Part shown: positions 8,866-18,601 of the stretch, in pieces | How the letters are laid out: every line of letters starts with the position of its first letter | Numbering within the stretch: the first letter of the stretch is position 1 | DNA from: a virus | Taxonomy: Duplodnaviria > Caudoviricetes | IMG/VR virus record: IMGVR_UViG_3300033148_005162 | Location: 1 to 50,219 of that record | Direction: 5' to 3' (one strand) | DNA length: 50,219 bases | The notes under the pieces: model-generated | What the model was told of the DNA's origin: nothing | The model's database searches: none | Seen by the model: only the letters and a program-made list of their open reading frames with translations | Translations under genes and position numbers: made by a program

Positions 8866-11405
8866 TATTTTATCCCTTTCAAACTATCAATCTGCGCCTG
8901 CAATAACTCGATCGATCTACCAAGCTCAAATATATATCTATTTAGATTTAATCCGATTACAGGCTTAATAATACGTGTATAGTTTTGTTGTAGATATTCA
9001 CGTTTAGAACTGTAAATTTTATCCGTTACCTTATCTTTCCATGCCGTCACATAAAATTTTTTTCCGTCAATATCCGTAATCTCAACTGTAGTCTGACTAA
9101 GTTTCGCATCTATCGTTTTCCAGATGTTCTTGCGATGTATGTCTTTTTTGTTTTTATCCCGATAAAATACTTCCTGTATAACTACTTGCATATCAGCCGG
9201 TAATGTGCTATGATCCAATTCTGCATAATTTCCGGACTCAGTTCCTGCTTTATATTTTATCTGTTTAATCCTATCAATTGCCTTGTTGGATATGGCTTTC
9301 TCAGAAGTGGTTATAAATGTATCAGCCCGTACACTCATTGTCACAGTCAGGGAGCTATCCATCCACACAGGACCTGTAAACTTACCTGCTCTGGCATGTA
9401 TAGAATCTGCTGTAACTACTCCAAACTTATCTTTCGAACTATTGGCATATAATCTACGAATTTCGGCTGCGGATAATGCACGTGAGTAATATTGAAAATC
9501 GTCTATATAACCGTTGAAATAACCAGAAGGAGTGCCAGCATTCGCACCTAATCGAATATTTACATCATTTGTCTGTCTCGTACCTGAAAATATAGCAGTG
9601 TCTTGTTCAACTGCATTAATATATACTCTCATTGTTTCTGCACAAACTGTAGCAGTTATATGATGCCATTTATTAATAGTTAGCACATTAGATGCTATCA
9701 AATCTATGTAACTTATACCATTCCCTAAACTAAACCGTATACCACCACTTGTTACTTGATTCAACATAAAGGGCATCATATGGGTATCACCATCTCGTTT
9801 ACTAACTATTTGAGGTGCTCCTGTAACATCTTTAACTGGTTTCATCCAAAGAAGAATTGTAAAATTAGTATCCGATTCGAAAGATGTCTCATTTGACAAT
9901 GTTATATAATCATCAATTCCATCAAAACTATATCCGCCTGTCCCAACTTTAAATGAATCTGGTTGTGATATATTTGTAGCTCCTACCACAGTACCATTAT
10001 TACTATTTCCTGAATAATCATTAGCGTTTTCATCAAAGGGATAATAACCCTTCAACGAATCCCTACTTATTCCATCCAATGAAGCCGATATTGAAATATG
10101 CGCCTTCACACTATCATCAAACGCCGCCCGTGCAAGTTTAGTTGCTAAACTATCATTTACCTCAGTTTTTAACGAATATTGAGGATGATCATTATCTGAT
10201 AATCCAGACAATAATCCATGATCACTAATTCCACTTCCGGAAGCGGTTCCATGTACTTGTCTTACATCAGTTAATATAGCATCGTCAAAATCAGTACAAT
10301 TAGCTTGATAAACTAACCACATTAATCTAACCGCATGATAAGCATCTTCATATTGGATTGTCGGAGCATCCTTTGCTAATGCTCCTGTTGACGTATTAGA
10401 CAAACTCGATTCCAATGCCATTTGAACTTCAATATGTTCAAGATTGTAAAAATAAATTAAAGCCTTATACCATTTATTATTAACAACTGGAACTTTTCTT
10501 CCCTCTGTCTCACTCCAAACACTATCAGTAGGCATCTCCTTAAAGGAAGCCATACTATCAAGAGAAGACCATCTCATCCTACCACGATATTTTCCAGCTC
10601 TACATGTATCTGAAGTTACTAAAGTATCAACTACTATTTTATGCAAACCCTTATCAAAATAAACACCATTATTTAATTTTAATTGTTTTGTCCCCGGTAC
10701 ATTTGTCACTGTCATTCCGGAATAAACTAACGCTCCATGAACATCAGCAAAATAATCATATGAATTATACCATCTGTTGTGTAATTCATGTTCTGCAAGA
10801 TAATTCATTGGATACTCATCAGTCATTATTTCACCGAGTACAACAATATTCTTTTTATTATTACTATTGACATTATCTCTTGGATCACTATTACTTAAAA
10901 GTATAACATCTCCCGAATCTTTATGTACATAAAGATAATTTTCAGCATCGGCAACTAAAGTACATGTCCTTGCAAAATATGTGTATAGTGTATCTCCAAA
11001 TATAATACTACATGCAGGAACAGAAACATATAAATCATTATCATAAATATTACTAATGATAAAGGAATCATTATTGGCAATTCCCTGGCTTCCAGAGTTC
11101 TTAAATACGATCTTATCTAACTTTGATACTATCGATTGAGAATTAACTAGAGAATCTTTAACAATTTTTTTAATTTCCGCCATTGTAATAATTAATGAAT
11201 CGTTTACTCTATTTGATTTATAAACATATTTAACCTGTAATGTATCCGGAATATCTACAAATCCACTATCATCAGGTGTGATTTTATCAACTTTCAAAGA
11301 ATCTTTTATTGTAAAATCTACAGCAGATCCCGCCTGTCCTAATACTATTACCGGAAACAAGATTATACATGATATTATAACGAATATTTTCATACTAACT
11401 CCCAA
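8865..11405 (-). CDS. tail-fibre/receptor-binding-like protein: signal peptide, LamG-like domain, C-terminal S74-like chaperone/coiled coil
   Basis: MKIFVIISCIILFPVIVLG-Q; LKGYYPFDENANDYSGN..FDGIDDYI..WHHI..FNGYIDDFQYYSRALSAAEI (LamG); C-terminal LGRSIELLQAQIDSLK. Confidence 0.75.
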   Translation of the reverse strand: MGVSMKIFVIISCIILFPVIVLGQAGSAVDFTIKDSLKVDKITPDDSGFVDIPDTLQVKYVYKSNRVNDSLIITMAEIKKIVKDSLVNSQSIVSKLDKIVFKNSGSQGIANNDSFIISNIYDNDLYVSVPACSIIFGDTLYTYFARTCTLVADAENYLYVHKDSGDVILLSNSDPRDNVNSNNKKNIVVLGEIMTDEYPMNYLAEHELHNRWYNSYDYFADVHGALVYSGMTVTNVPGTKQLKLNNGVYFDKGLHKIVVDTLVTSDTCRAGKYRGRMRWSSLDSMASFKEMPTDSVWSETEGRKVPVVNNKWYKALIYFYNLEHIEVQMALESSLSNTSTGALAKDAPTIQYEDAYHAVRLMWLVYQANCTDFDDAILTDVRQVHGTASGSGISDHGLLSGLSDNDHPQYSLKTEVNDSLATKLARAAFDDSVKAHISISASLDGISRDSLKGYYPFDENANDYSGNSNNGTVVGATNISQPDSFKVGTGGYSFDGIDDYITLSNETSFESDTNFTILLWMKPVKDVTGAPQIVSKRDGDTHMMPFMLNQVTSGGIRFSLGNGISYIDLIASNVLTINKWHHITATVCAETMRVYINAVEQDTAIFSGTRQTNDVNIRLGANAGTPSGYFNGYIDDFQYYSRALSAAEIRRLYANSSKDKFGVVTADSIHARAGKFTGPVWMDSSLTVTMSVRADTFITTSEKAISNKAIDRIKQIKYKAGTESGNYAELDHSTLPADMQVVIQEVFYRDKNKKDIHRKNIWKTIDAKLSQTTVEITDIDGKKFYVTAWKDKVTDKIYSSKREYLQQNYTRIIKPVIGLNLNRYIFELGRSIELLQAQIDSLKGIK

Positions 11406-11673
11406 TTATAATCATATCTACCAATACATTCGAAATTGAAAGATCACCGGATAAATTACTCATAGCTACTTGAAATAGAGATGTTGTTTTCGAACCATTT
11501 ACTATATGTACATCTCTATCATTATACTTCGAAGCTATCATTATGAACGGAGTTATGGAAAATGTACTCGGCAAGGAATTTCCATCAACATCAACTAGGT
11601 CAGAATATCTTATAGTTTGCGGAGACGAAACGGTCCCGGTTATATTTTTATCTTTAATATAATAATTTGCCAT
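11395..11673 (-). CDS. small tail protein, paralogous to N-terminus of 7162..8865
   Basis: Shared GT..PQ.I.YSDL..NS.P..FS..P..TT..F.VA.SNL.G. Confidence 0.7.
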   Translation of the reverse strand: MANYYIKDKNITGTVSSPQTIRYSDLVDVDGNSLPSTFSITPFIMIASKYNDRDVHIVNGSKTTSLFQVAMSNLSGDLSISNVLVDMIIIGS

Positions 11674-11680
11674 TATTGCT

Positions 11681-14326
11681 TTATATCCTTAAGACTCTAG
11701 ATCGACGTTCTACTTCTCGACCAATTTCTTTTGCAACTTCTTTTGCTAATAAATTTTTATTATTCATTACAGATTGTCCAACTCCTGTAATATCAACTTT
11801 ACCAACATTTACTGTAATATTCCCATCTGTTCCAAATCCGCCTCGTTGTGCAGCAGCTTTACGGATAAAATCAGACAACTCAGGCGGTAAAACCATCTCA
11901 CGAGCATGTAACAATGCAGGCATATCAAAAGGAACAATACCCCCTCGTTGAAATGCCGCACCTTCAACACCTCCCGCTCCGTGGCCACCCATACGTTCAA
12001 GTTCCATTCCCTTTTGTTCTAATGCTTTTGCCGCTTCTTCAACTTTTGTTGCCCCATGTTCTAATTTAAATTTTTCTAATTCTTTCTCCCTTGCTTCTGC
12101 TGCAGCTGCTAACTCCTCCGGCGTCTTTTTTCTAGCACCAAATAGTTTCTTTATACTACCAACTATTTTTGACACACCAAAAGCAGCTGTAGCAATTATA
12201 CCACCACTGGCGGCAGTCCCAAGTAGATTACCACCAAAAGAAGAAATTAAATCAGATAACCCACTACCTACTTTACCCAAAACAGAACCAAGACCTTTTC
12301 CAAGCTTACTAACCAATCCGCTAAATACTCCGCCTAATCCCTTTTTTATACCCCCGCCTAAATCTTTGACAGTACCCGAAATCATATTTTTGATGAACTT
12401 ATGAATGTATTCATGAAGTATTTGTTGGAAAGAACCAATCACCGATTTCTTTATACCGTCAAATGTACTTCCTATAAGATCGCCAAAATTTTTAAAACTC
12501 ATATTCTGTTGCATAATCATAGTTGCAGATGCATCCGCCATACTGTCAAGATGTCTTTCCCAGTCAATCTTGATTTCGCTAAATATACTTTTAGTTTTCT
12601 TAGGCAATAAGTTATACCCTTCATCCCCGGTGATTTTATAAAGATGCTTAGCAATTGCTCGTTCTTGATCTGTTAAAGAATCAAATTGTCCTTTTTTTAT
12701 CTTATCAATTACAGTTAATGTTGCTTCTTTGTATTCATCTAAGTTCATGCCGACTTTTTCAGAATACTTCTGCATATCAACAAGATTATCTTCAAAATAT
12801 TCCGACCATTCCCTTTGAGCTTTAGTTAATGTATTTATATTTTCAATATCTATTTCGCCTAATGATTTTTCATAACTTTTTTGAAATTCATCAATACCTC
12901 TTTGAAGTTCATCAACAGTTAAATCTTGAGCTTCTTTGACTGCTTCAAAACTATTGTTAACATGTTCGACCATAGTATCGAGCGATGTTTTTTCTGCTTC
13001 TTCTAATTCTGTTATTTTCGCCTTTTCTTCTTCAACTTGTGTTTTTCTTAATTCTCTTCGTTCATTATAATAATCTGACCAAGTCTTAGATTGCGCTTCC
13101 TTTGATTTTTCGTTCCTTTCCTCAATTCTTGCATTAATTGCTTCTAATTCAGCTTCTAGTTCAGATGTATCTTCTCCAAACAATTTTTTTATTACTATTT
13201 GTCCTTCTAGTATTATTGCTTTTGCTTTATCTATTGTATTCGCAATTCCTACCATAAACAAATCGATATAATCTTTTAATGTATCAAATGTAGCTCCAAT
13301 TGCATCAGCTACCACACCGGTAATATCTTGAATACCTAATAAATTTGTATTCCACGCTGTGTATAATCCAACAACTGCTGTTGTAATACCCATTACTGCC
13401 AATGTTATTGGATTAAATGCTGCAACTAAGGTAGGTAACAATATTAATATTGGACCTATTGCGGCAGCTAATGCACCAAATGTTGTTACAACAGCAGTAA
13501 TTGTTGTAGCAACACTTTTATTTTTATCTATCCATTCCACAGCTTCCTTTATAAAATCAGATGCCTTACTAGTTATACTTACCAATGACGGTAAAAATCC
13601 TTCAACTATTTTTTGTGTTAATCCAAAGATACCGGTTTTTAATTCATTTATATTATCATTAAAATCTGCTGCTGCATCTGCTGTATTTTGATCTAATTCC
13701 AATCCAAGTGCTGCAGCTTCTTCCTGCAAATTTTTGATTCCATCTCCACCTTGTTTCAAAAGAGGAACCATATCTGCTCCGGAACGTCCAAATATATTCT
13801 GAGCTAATGCTGCTGCTTTTGTATCATCTTTCATTCCTTTTAATGCTTCTGCAACTTCAAGCAACACATCATTGGAATTTTTTAAATTTCCATTTGAATC
13901 TGTAACTTTAATATCCAACGCTTCGAACGAATCTTTTGCCTCACCGGTTCCTTTTGCGGCATCATTCATATTTTTGGCTAATTTTCTCAATCCGTTTGTT
14001 ACAGTAGCAAAACTTGTTCCTGATTGTTCAGCAGCAAATTTTAATGTAGACAATTTTTCAGTTGCAACGCCTGTACGAATTCCGGCTTTTTGTATTTCAT
14101 CACCGAATTTAGTTACTTTTGATACTACAGCGGTAAATGTTGCAGTAATCGCAGTACCCGCAGCGGTTAAACCAATGCCGATCTTTTTTATAGAATCGTT
14201 CCATTTAGATACTGATTTTTCAGCTGAACTGGTTTTATTAATCGCTTCAGATACAGCTTTTTTAAATTTATCACTATTCAGAATTAATTCTAATTCAGCT
14301 TTACCAATTGATACCGCACTACTCAT
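11681..14326 (-). CDS. tail tape measure protein
   Basis: 881 aa, Ala/Gly-rich helical, IFGRSGADMVPLL motif, hydrophobic segment, C-terminal FQRGGIV..ALLHAREMVLP. Confidence 0.92.
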   Translation of the reverse strand: MSSAVSIGKAELELILNSDKFKKAVSEAINKTSSAEKSVSKWNDSIKKIGIGLTAAGTAITATFTAVVSKVTKFGDEIQKAGIRTGVATEKLSTLKFAAEQSGTSFATVTNGLRKLAKNMNDAAKGTGEAKDSFEALDIKVTDSNGNLKNSNDVLLEVAEALKGMKDDTKAAALAQNIFGRSGADMVPLLKQGGDGIKNLQEEAAALGLELDQNTADAAADFNDNINELKTGIFGLTQKIVEGFLPSLVSITSKASDFIKEAVEWIDKNKSVATTITAVVTTFGALAAAIGPILILLPTLVAAFNPITLAVMGITTAVVGLYTAWNTNLLGIQDITGVVADAIGATFDTLKDYIDLFMVGIANTIDKAKAIILEGQIVIKKLFGEDTSELEAELEAINARIEERNEKSKEAQSKTWSDYYNERRELRKTQVEEEKAKITELEEAEKTSLDTMVEHVNNSFEAVKEAQDLTVDELQRGIDEFQKSYEKSLGEIDIENINTLTKAQREWSEYFEDNLVDMQKYSEKVGMNLDEYKEATLTVIDKIKKGQFDSLTDQERAIAKHLYKITGDEGYNLLPKKTKSIFSEIKIDWERHLDSMADASATMIMQQNMSFKNFGDLIGSTFDGIKKSVIGSFQQILHEYIHKFIKNMISGTVKDLGGGIKKGLGGVFSGLVSKLGKGLGSVLGKVGSGLSDLISSFGGNLLGTAASGGIIATAAFGVSKIVGSIKKLFGARKKTPEELAAAAEAREKELEKFKLEHGATKVEEAAKALEQKGMELERMGGHGAGGVEGAAFQRGGIVPFDMPALLHAREMVLPPELSDFIRKAAAQRGGFGTDGNITVNVGKVDITGVGQSVMNNKNLLAKEVAKEIGREVERRSRVLRI

Positions 14327-14658
14327 TACATACCCTTTAGATTAGGTTGTCCTATACCCAATTTAAAAGCTTTTAGGTTAGGATATTTTAAACGTTTTCC
14401 GTGATATTCAGAAAATGTTAAAAGTCTATTACTATATTGCCTTTCCGGTTTAGCATATGTCTGTTTTTTTGTTTGTATTATATTTTGTTCAGTTAATTCG
14501 TTATTTAACTCCTCATTCAATATTTGTTCTCCTAAAACACAAATTGCGTAATCATAATTAAGAGCAGTCCATTTATCCCGGATATCTAAAAGTTGACTCG
14601 GTCTTTGTCCGTAAGTTTTTGCTATTATGTGCTGGGATAGAATGTGACCGCTGCTCAC
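14326..14658 (-). CDS. tail assembly chaperone, frameshift extension (T-like)
   Basis: Overlaps end of upstream chaperone in +1 frame; AKTYGQRPSQLL..A.NYD motif; abuts TMP. Confidence 0.75.
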   Translation of the reverse strand: MSSGHILSQHIIAKTYGQRPSQLLDIRDKWTALNYDYAICVLGEQILNEELNNELTEQNIIQTKKQTYAKPERQYSNRLLTFSEYHGKRLKYPNLKAFKLGIGQPNLKGM

Positions 14659-15100
14659 GAAAAAAAGATTGATTTGCTATATCCGGAAGCGCAGCGACCA
14701 TTATCGTTAATAAATCCGCTTTAGGTATCATATCTACCGGAACAACACCCCGCTGTATTGCTTCATCTTTATTGTCCTGTGATTTTACGGCTTTAGGTTC
14801 CACAAGCGCGGCAATAGCAATCAATTCAGCTTTATTTATAATTTCGATCACATCTTCATCAGTAAATTCGGCCAAATTAAATTCAGATTCTTTATTACTA
14901 CCATCCTCAGATGGAGCTAATGCTTTCTCAAATCGCTTATACAATTCAATCGGTTGAATTCCAGATGTTATTATTTCAAAAGGCTCTAATTTTTTAATTT
15001 TTACTTTTGCTCCTGACGGCAAATCTATCGTTACAATTTCCGCTTTCGAACTTTCCTGCCAAATATCAATTGCCGATTTTTTAGAAGTTTTTTCTTCCAT
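14573..15100 (-). CDS. tail assembly chaperone (G-like)
   Basis: Between tail tube and TMP; acidic; IDLPSG motif; core ends at SFFR. Confidence 0.8.
   Translation of the reverse strand: MEEKTSKKSAIDIWQESSKAEIVTIDLPSGAKVKIKKLEPFEIITSGIQPIELYKRFEKALAPSEDGSNKESEFNLAEFTDEDVIEIINKAELIAIAALVEPKAVKSQDNKDEAIQRGVVPVDMIPKADLLTIMVAALPDIANQSFFREQRSHSIPAHNSKNLRTKTESTFRYPG
14657..14668 (-). other. programmed +1 (or -2) frameshift site UCU UUU UUU CGU
   Basis: The +1 frame opens a few codons upstream (after TAG) and continues into 14326..14658; the -1 frame hits TGA immediately. Confidence 0.7.
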
Positions 15101-15120
15101 AGATATACTATTCCTTTATG

Positions 15121-15195
15121 TAATATATTATCATAATAAATTATTTTATTATTTCTTTATATAATATATTATCATAATAAATTATTTTGTTATTT
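15121..15195. repeat. two copies of ~34-bp direct repeat TAATATATTATCATAATAAATTATTTTRTTATTT, 41-bp period
   Basis: Copies start at 15121 and 15162, one mismatch. Confidence 0.85.
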
Positions 15196-15237
15196 ATTAT
15201 GTCGCTAACAACAAATAATGAATTAAAATATTATTTA

Positions 15238-15756
15238 TTATGATGCCGTCGGATCGCCTAATGTAAAGAGTTGATTACCGTCATCTTTAGTGCTATCTCT
15301 CATGCCGATAAACACTAAAGGCCAAAGCCGTACTTCTTTTGCGTACGAAACGTCAATCGCCTGCGTATGTACACATTTGTGTATTGTAATATCTTCATTA
15401 TCATCAGAAGCGTAAACCGGATCGAGTTTCAATTCATGTGCGTACGTCGACAATCTAACATTTGATCCGCCGATTTCAATTTTCTTTTTAGTCCCGCTAG
15501 TATAGGTACATCCAGGATATGCATACTGTAATTTCTCAAGACTACTTTCGTTCAATGGTACCTGCGCTTGTATTCCTCGGAAAGTCACAAATATCTCTTC
15601 GATCATATTAAATTGCTCTGATGTGTGAACAAGCGTTTCCAATTGAAATGAAACTGTTATCGCTCCGGAAACACCTCCTAAATCGGTTGAATTAAATTGT
15701 ACTTTGCAACTTCCTATTTCTACATCTGCCGGCGTAGTAGTTGGTAATGTGCTCAT
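15238..15756 (-). CDS. major tail (tube) protein
   Basis: Position between tail terminator and chaperone; IGSCKVQF..DLGG..G beta-rich tube pattern; no sheath gene. Confidence 0.8.
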   Translation of the reverse strand: MSTLPTTTPADVEIGSCKVQFNSTDLGGVSGAITVSFQLETLVHTSEQFNMIEEIFVTFRGIQAQVPLNESSLEKLQYAYPGCTYTSGTKKKIEIGGSNVRLSTYAHELKLDPVYASDDNEDITIHKCVHTQAIDVSYAKEVRLWPLVFIGMRDSTKDDGNQLFTLGDPTAS

Positions 15757-15784
15757 TATTTGTACTCCTTATTGTAAATTATAC

Positions 15785-16204
15785 TTATTTATCCTTTCTA
15801 ATTTGAAATCTATAATACCCATAAACCTGAGGGTATCCCTGATTAATTGATCGGCTTGTGTTCGGACCTCCGTTTAACTCCGAATAATAAATCCTTGCCG
15901 TTCCTGCATTATATCCACCTTTATGATCTATGATTGTACGTATTCTATTCCAAAGCTCCCAAGCTTTTTTTTTAGAATGTTCTCTACATACAATTTGTAT
16001 TCTTGCATCTTCTATCGGATCATAATCCGGATACGAAAAGGAACCGTCACGTTTTATCAATATCGCTTTTACCGGTGTTTCTGCACCAAATTCATCAAGA
16101 TTAATTGCAATTCCGCTATCAACAGTTCCTAATACTTGCTCGGAAATATAGGTTTTAATCTCTTTTTGCACATCTTTATATTTTACCGTATAATAATCTG
16201 GCAT
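15785..16204 (-). CDS. tail terminator / tail completion protein
   Basis: 139 aa, RIQIVCR motif, synteny. Confidence 0.7.
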   Translation of the reverse strand: MPDYYTVKYKDVQKEIKTYISEQVLGTVDSGIAINLDEFGAETPVKAILIKRDGSFSYPDYDPIEDARIQIVCREHSKKKAWELWNRIRTIIDHKGGYNAGTARIYYSELNGGPNTSRSINQGYPQVYGYYRFQIRKDK

Positions 16205-16223
16205 TTTTTACATATCCGTTCTG

Positions 16224-16724
16224 CTATTTACTTCCCTTATTTTTTGATATTAGATATTTTTTCATCGCAGTTTCAACAGCTTTAATTTGTTTTAATGATG
16301 TCTCAAATAATGCTGGCGCCATAAAAGGCTGTGCAGGTTGTCCTGCTGTCGATTTCCTAACTATCCAATTTCCTTGTTTGTCTTGCCACGCCATCGCTCT
16401 TTTTACTTTCGGCGTAATTCTTTTTTTGAACGGACCGTGAATACCTGTCCCGGTTTCAATTTCAGCAGCATGATCCGCATGCGCTATTATTTGTGTACTG
16501 TGTTTTTTTCCTGCATCAGTAGATTGCACTGTTTTCGTCGCTGCGATACTTTGCTTTAAATCTCCCGTATCTACAACTACCCGATCTTTAGCCTCAGACT
16601 CTACTGTTAAAGATGCTGCAATTAATAATTTATGCTGTTGTGTTATCGGTAAATCAAGTACATCTTTTACAATATCACAGGGTTTTTTTGTCCAGAACGC
16701 TCCGCCTTTTTGATTCGATGGCAT
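16224..16724 (-). CDS. HK97 gp10-like neck/tail completion protein
   Basis: VDTGDLKQSI..IETGTG..GQPAQPFMAPA motifs. Confidence 0.85.
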   Translation of the reverse strand: MPSNQKGGAFWTKKPCDIVKDVLDLPITQQHKLLIAASLTVESEAKDRVVVDTGDLKQSIAATKTVQSTDAGKKHSTQIIAHADHAAEIETGTGIHGPFKKRITPKVKRAMAWQDKQGNWIVRKSTAGQPAQPFMAPALFETSLKQIKAVETAMKKYLISKNKGSK

Positions 16725-17821
16725 TAATCTAATTTCCTATAAACTACTACAAAATATAAACCTGCAATATTTTCTCCCGTTCCGGTCTTTGTAAAATGCG
16801 CAGATAAATAATCTCCTGATTCCATCAATCCCTGTTTTTCTTCTATTGTACCGACATCGGAAAAAATACCCTGAGTCAATGCGGTACCTGCTGCATATGT
16901 CCCGCCAATTAATATCGATCCGATTTTACTCGTATAATTTATTTTAAAATCAATCTTCTCATAATTTGAATCGTCATCAGCCGCATGATCTTCTTTAGCT
17001 CCTATATATATTTTTTCAATCTGTAATTTTCCATTTGCATATAAGAGCACACAAACTTTGTCGTCATCATCGGCTGCGGTAATATCTCCGGCAGAATGTA
17101 CTAATGAAAAATATCTTGTTTGTGCATTTGGCTGAGTTATAATACCCTCGAGGGATACGTTAAAAATATCATCTCCGCCCTCCTCTTCCTTTACCGATAA
17201 GTGATCTCTGACAGTTTGATCGCTTGTAATTATCCCGTTTGTATCTCTAGAATTTATTACTTGATTTTCTGCGGTAATTGAACTCGATGCCGTTTCGTTA
17301 ATGCTGTACTCTAAATGCACAACAAGTCCGGATAATGCCATTCCGGAACCTGCTTTAGTAATGTCAAGATAAATTCCTTCTCCGGCTGTAAGGACCTTAT
17401 GCGTTGAATCTAATGTTGCACTTGATGATGGCGTTGCTAATGTATAGCCGTCTTCCGTTGTTATTGTTGCAATCGTGTTACCGTCTGAATCTTTAAAAGC
17501 CATTGATTGATAATTTGAAGAATCTGACGATACCGTTGTATCAACTGATATCCGCAATCGTTCAATCGTTACCGGTTTGTATGCAATAAATAACGGATCT
17601 AGATAATCATTATCTCCATAATCAGCCGCAATATCTCCTATCGGAATATGTGCAGTTCTGTGATCATATCCGGACGTTGTTATTAATTCACCATATTTGT
17701 TCAAATGCGCGACTTCTGTACCGGATTTTTTAAAGAGAAGCGAATCACTATTATTAGATTCTATTATTTCAAGTACAGAATCGCTTCCGCCTATATCGTC
17801 ATTAAATGATAATAATCCCAT
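16724..17821 (-). CDS. putative virion accessory protein with two copies of a ~175-aa beta domain
   Basis: GDIAAD/GDITAAD, SNY, TK.G.G....GL repeated twice; paralogue of 17861..18385. Confidence 0.7.
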   Translation of the reverse strand: MGLLSFNDDIGGSDSVLEIIESNNSDSLLFKKSGTEVAHLNKYGELITTSGYDHRTAHIPIGDIAADYGDNDYLDPLFIAYKPVTIERLRISVDTTVSSDSSNYQSMAFKDSDGNTIATITTEDGYTLATPSSSATLDSTHKVLTAGEGIYLDITKAGSGMALSGLVVHLEYSINETASSSITAENQVINSRDTNGIITSDQTVRDHLSVKEEEGGDDIFNVSLEGIITQPNAQTRYFSLVHSAGDITAADDDDKVCVLLYANGKLQIEKIYIGAKEDHAADDDSNYEKIDFKINYTSKIGSILIGGTYAAGTALTQGIFSDVGTIEEKQGLMESGDYLSAHFTKTGTGENIAGLYFVVVYRKLD

Positions 17822-17860
17822 TTTCTATTCTCCCAAATTATTAATTATTTATATATTTTG

Positions 17861-18385
17861 TTATTCCGTCAACGTGTAAAATAATATTAATGTCAATCCT
17901 GATATTGCTTGTCCACTACTAGTTTTTGTAAATGTCATTTCAACATGGTCATCTGATGACAGAACCTTATGTGTACCGTCTAAGGCTCCCATGGATTGCG
18001 GTGCTGTTGAACCTGCTGTAAACACCGGCGTCCATGCATAGGATACTATTACATTTCCATCCGAATCTTCTAATTCTATTGTTTGATAATTTACGGCATC
18101 GTTGGTTTTTGTTTCATCAGCAGTAAGATAGGCGGCGTACAATGTTGCTGCGTGTTCTTTAGAAAAAACTACCTTTTTTATAGAATCTGAATCAGCTGCA
18201 ATATCACCAACATTTACAACTTCATAAAAATACTGCTGATTTGATGTTGTAGCAGGTAAACCATTTATGTCGATGGAAAATGTTTCAGACGAGTCTTTAG
18301 AGAAAGTTAAAAAATCCCCTGAATTTTTATTGATTTCAATTACTGCTCGGGATGGGCGTTTTGCTTCTATTTGCAATACTGGCAT
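17861..18385 (-). CDS. putative virion accessory protein, single copy of the same domain
   Basis: VGDIAAD..NYQ..DSDGN..LDGTHKVL..TKTSSGQAISGL. Confidence 0.7.
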   Translation of the reverse strand: MPVLQIEAKRPSRAVIEINKNSGDFLTFSKDSSETFSIDINGLPATTSNQQYFYEVVNVGDIAADSDSIKKVVFSKEHAATLYAAYLTADETKTNDAVNYQTIELEDSDGNVIVSYAWTPVFTAGSTAPQSMGALDGTHKVLSSDDHVEMTFTKTSSGQAISGLTLILFYTLTE

Positions 18386-18424
18386 TTTGAAATCTCCCTT
18401 TTATATATATATTTTTCTATATGC

Positions 18425-18601
18425 TTATTTCTTTTTTTGTTTACCTGATTCACTCGACTTTGTCTTTGATACTTTTGTTCTTTCTATTTCATACTCTACG
18501 GCGTTTTTTAAATGCGGAAAATCTTTAAATAACTTATTTTTTTCATCTACTGACATATTTCCGTTTATTATGTCTCTAACTATTTTATTTCTATTTTTCA
18601 T
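18425..18601 (-). CDS. 58-aa basic hypothetical protein (not in ORF track)
   Basis: MKNRNKIVRDIINGNMSVDEKNKLFKDFPHLKNAVEYEIERTKVSKTKSSESGKQKKK; ATGA overlap with upstream stop, GGAG SD. Confidence 0.65.
   Translation of the reverse strand: MKNRNKIVRDIINGNMSVDEKNKLFKDFPHLKNAVEYEIERTKVSKTKSSESGKQKKK

Noticed and set aside
3588-11405. Diversity-generating retroelement targeting tail fibres
   Set aside because: No reverse transcriptase ORF and no TR/VR pair seen
15121-15195. Mini-CRISPR array
   Set aside because: Only two copies, separated by ~7 nt
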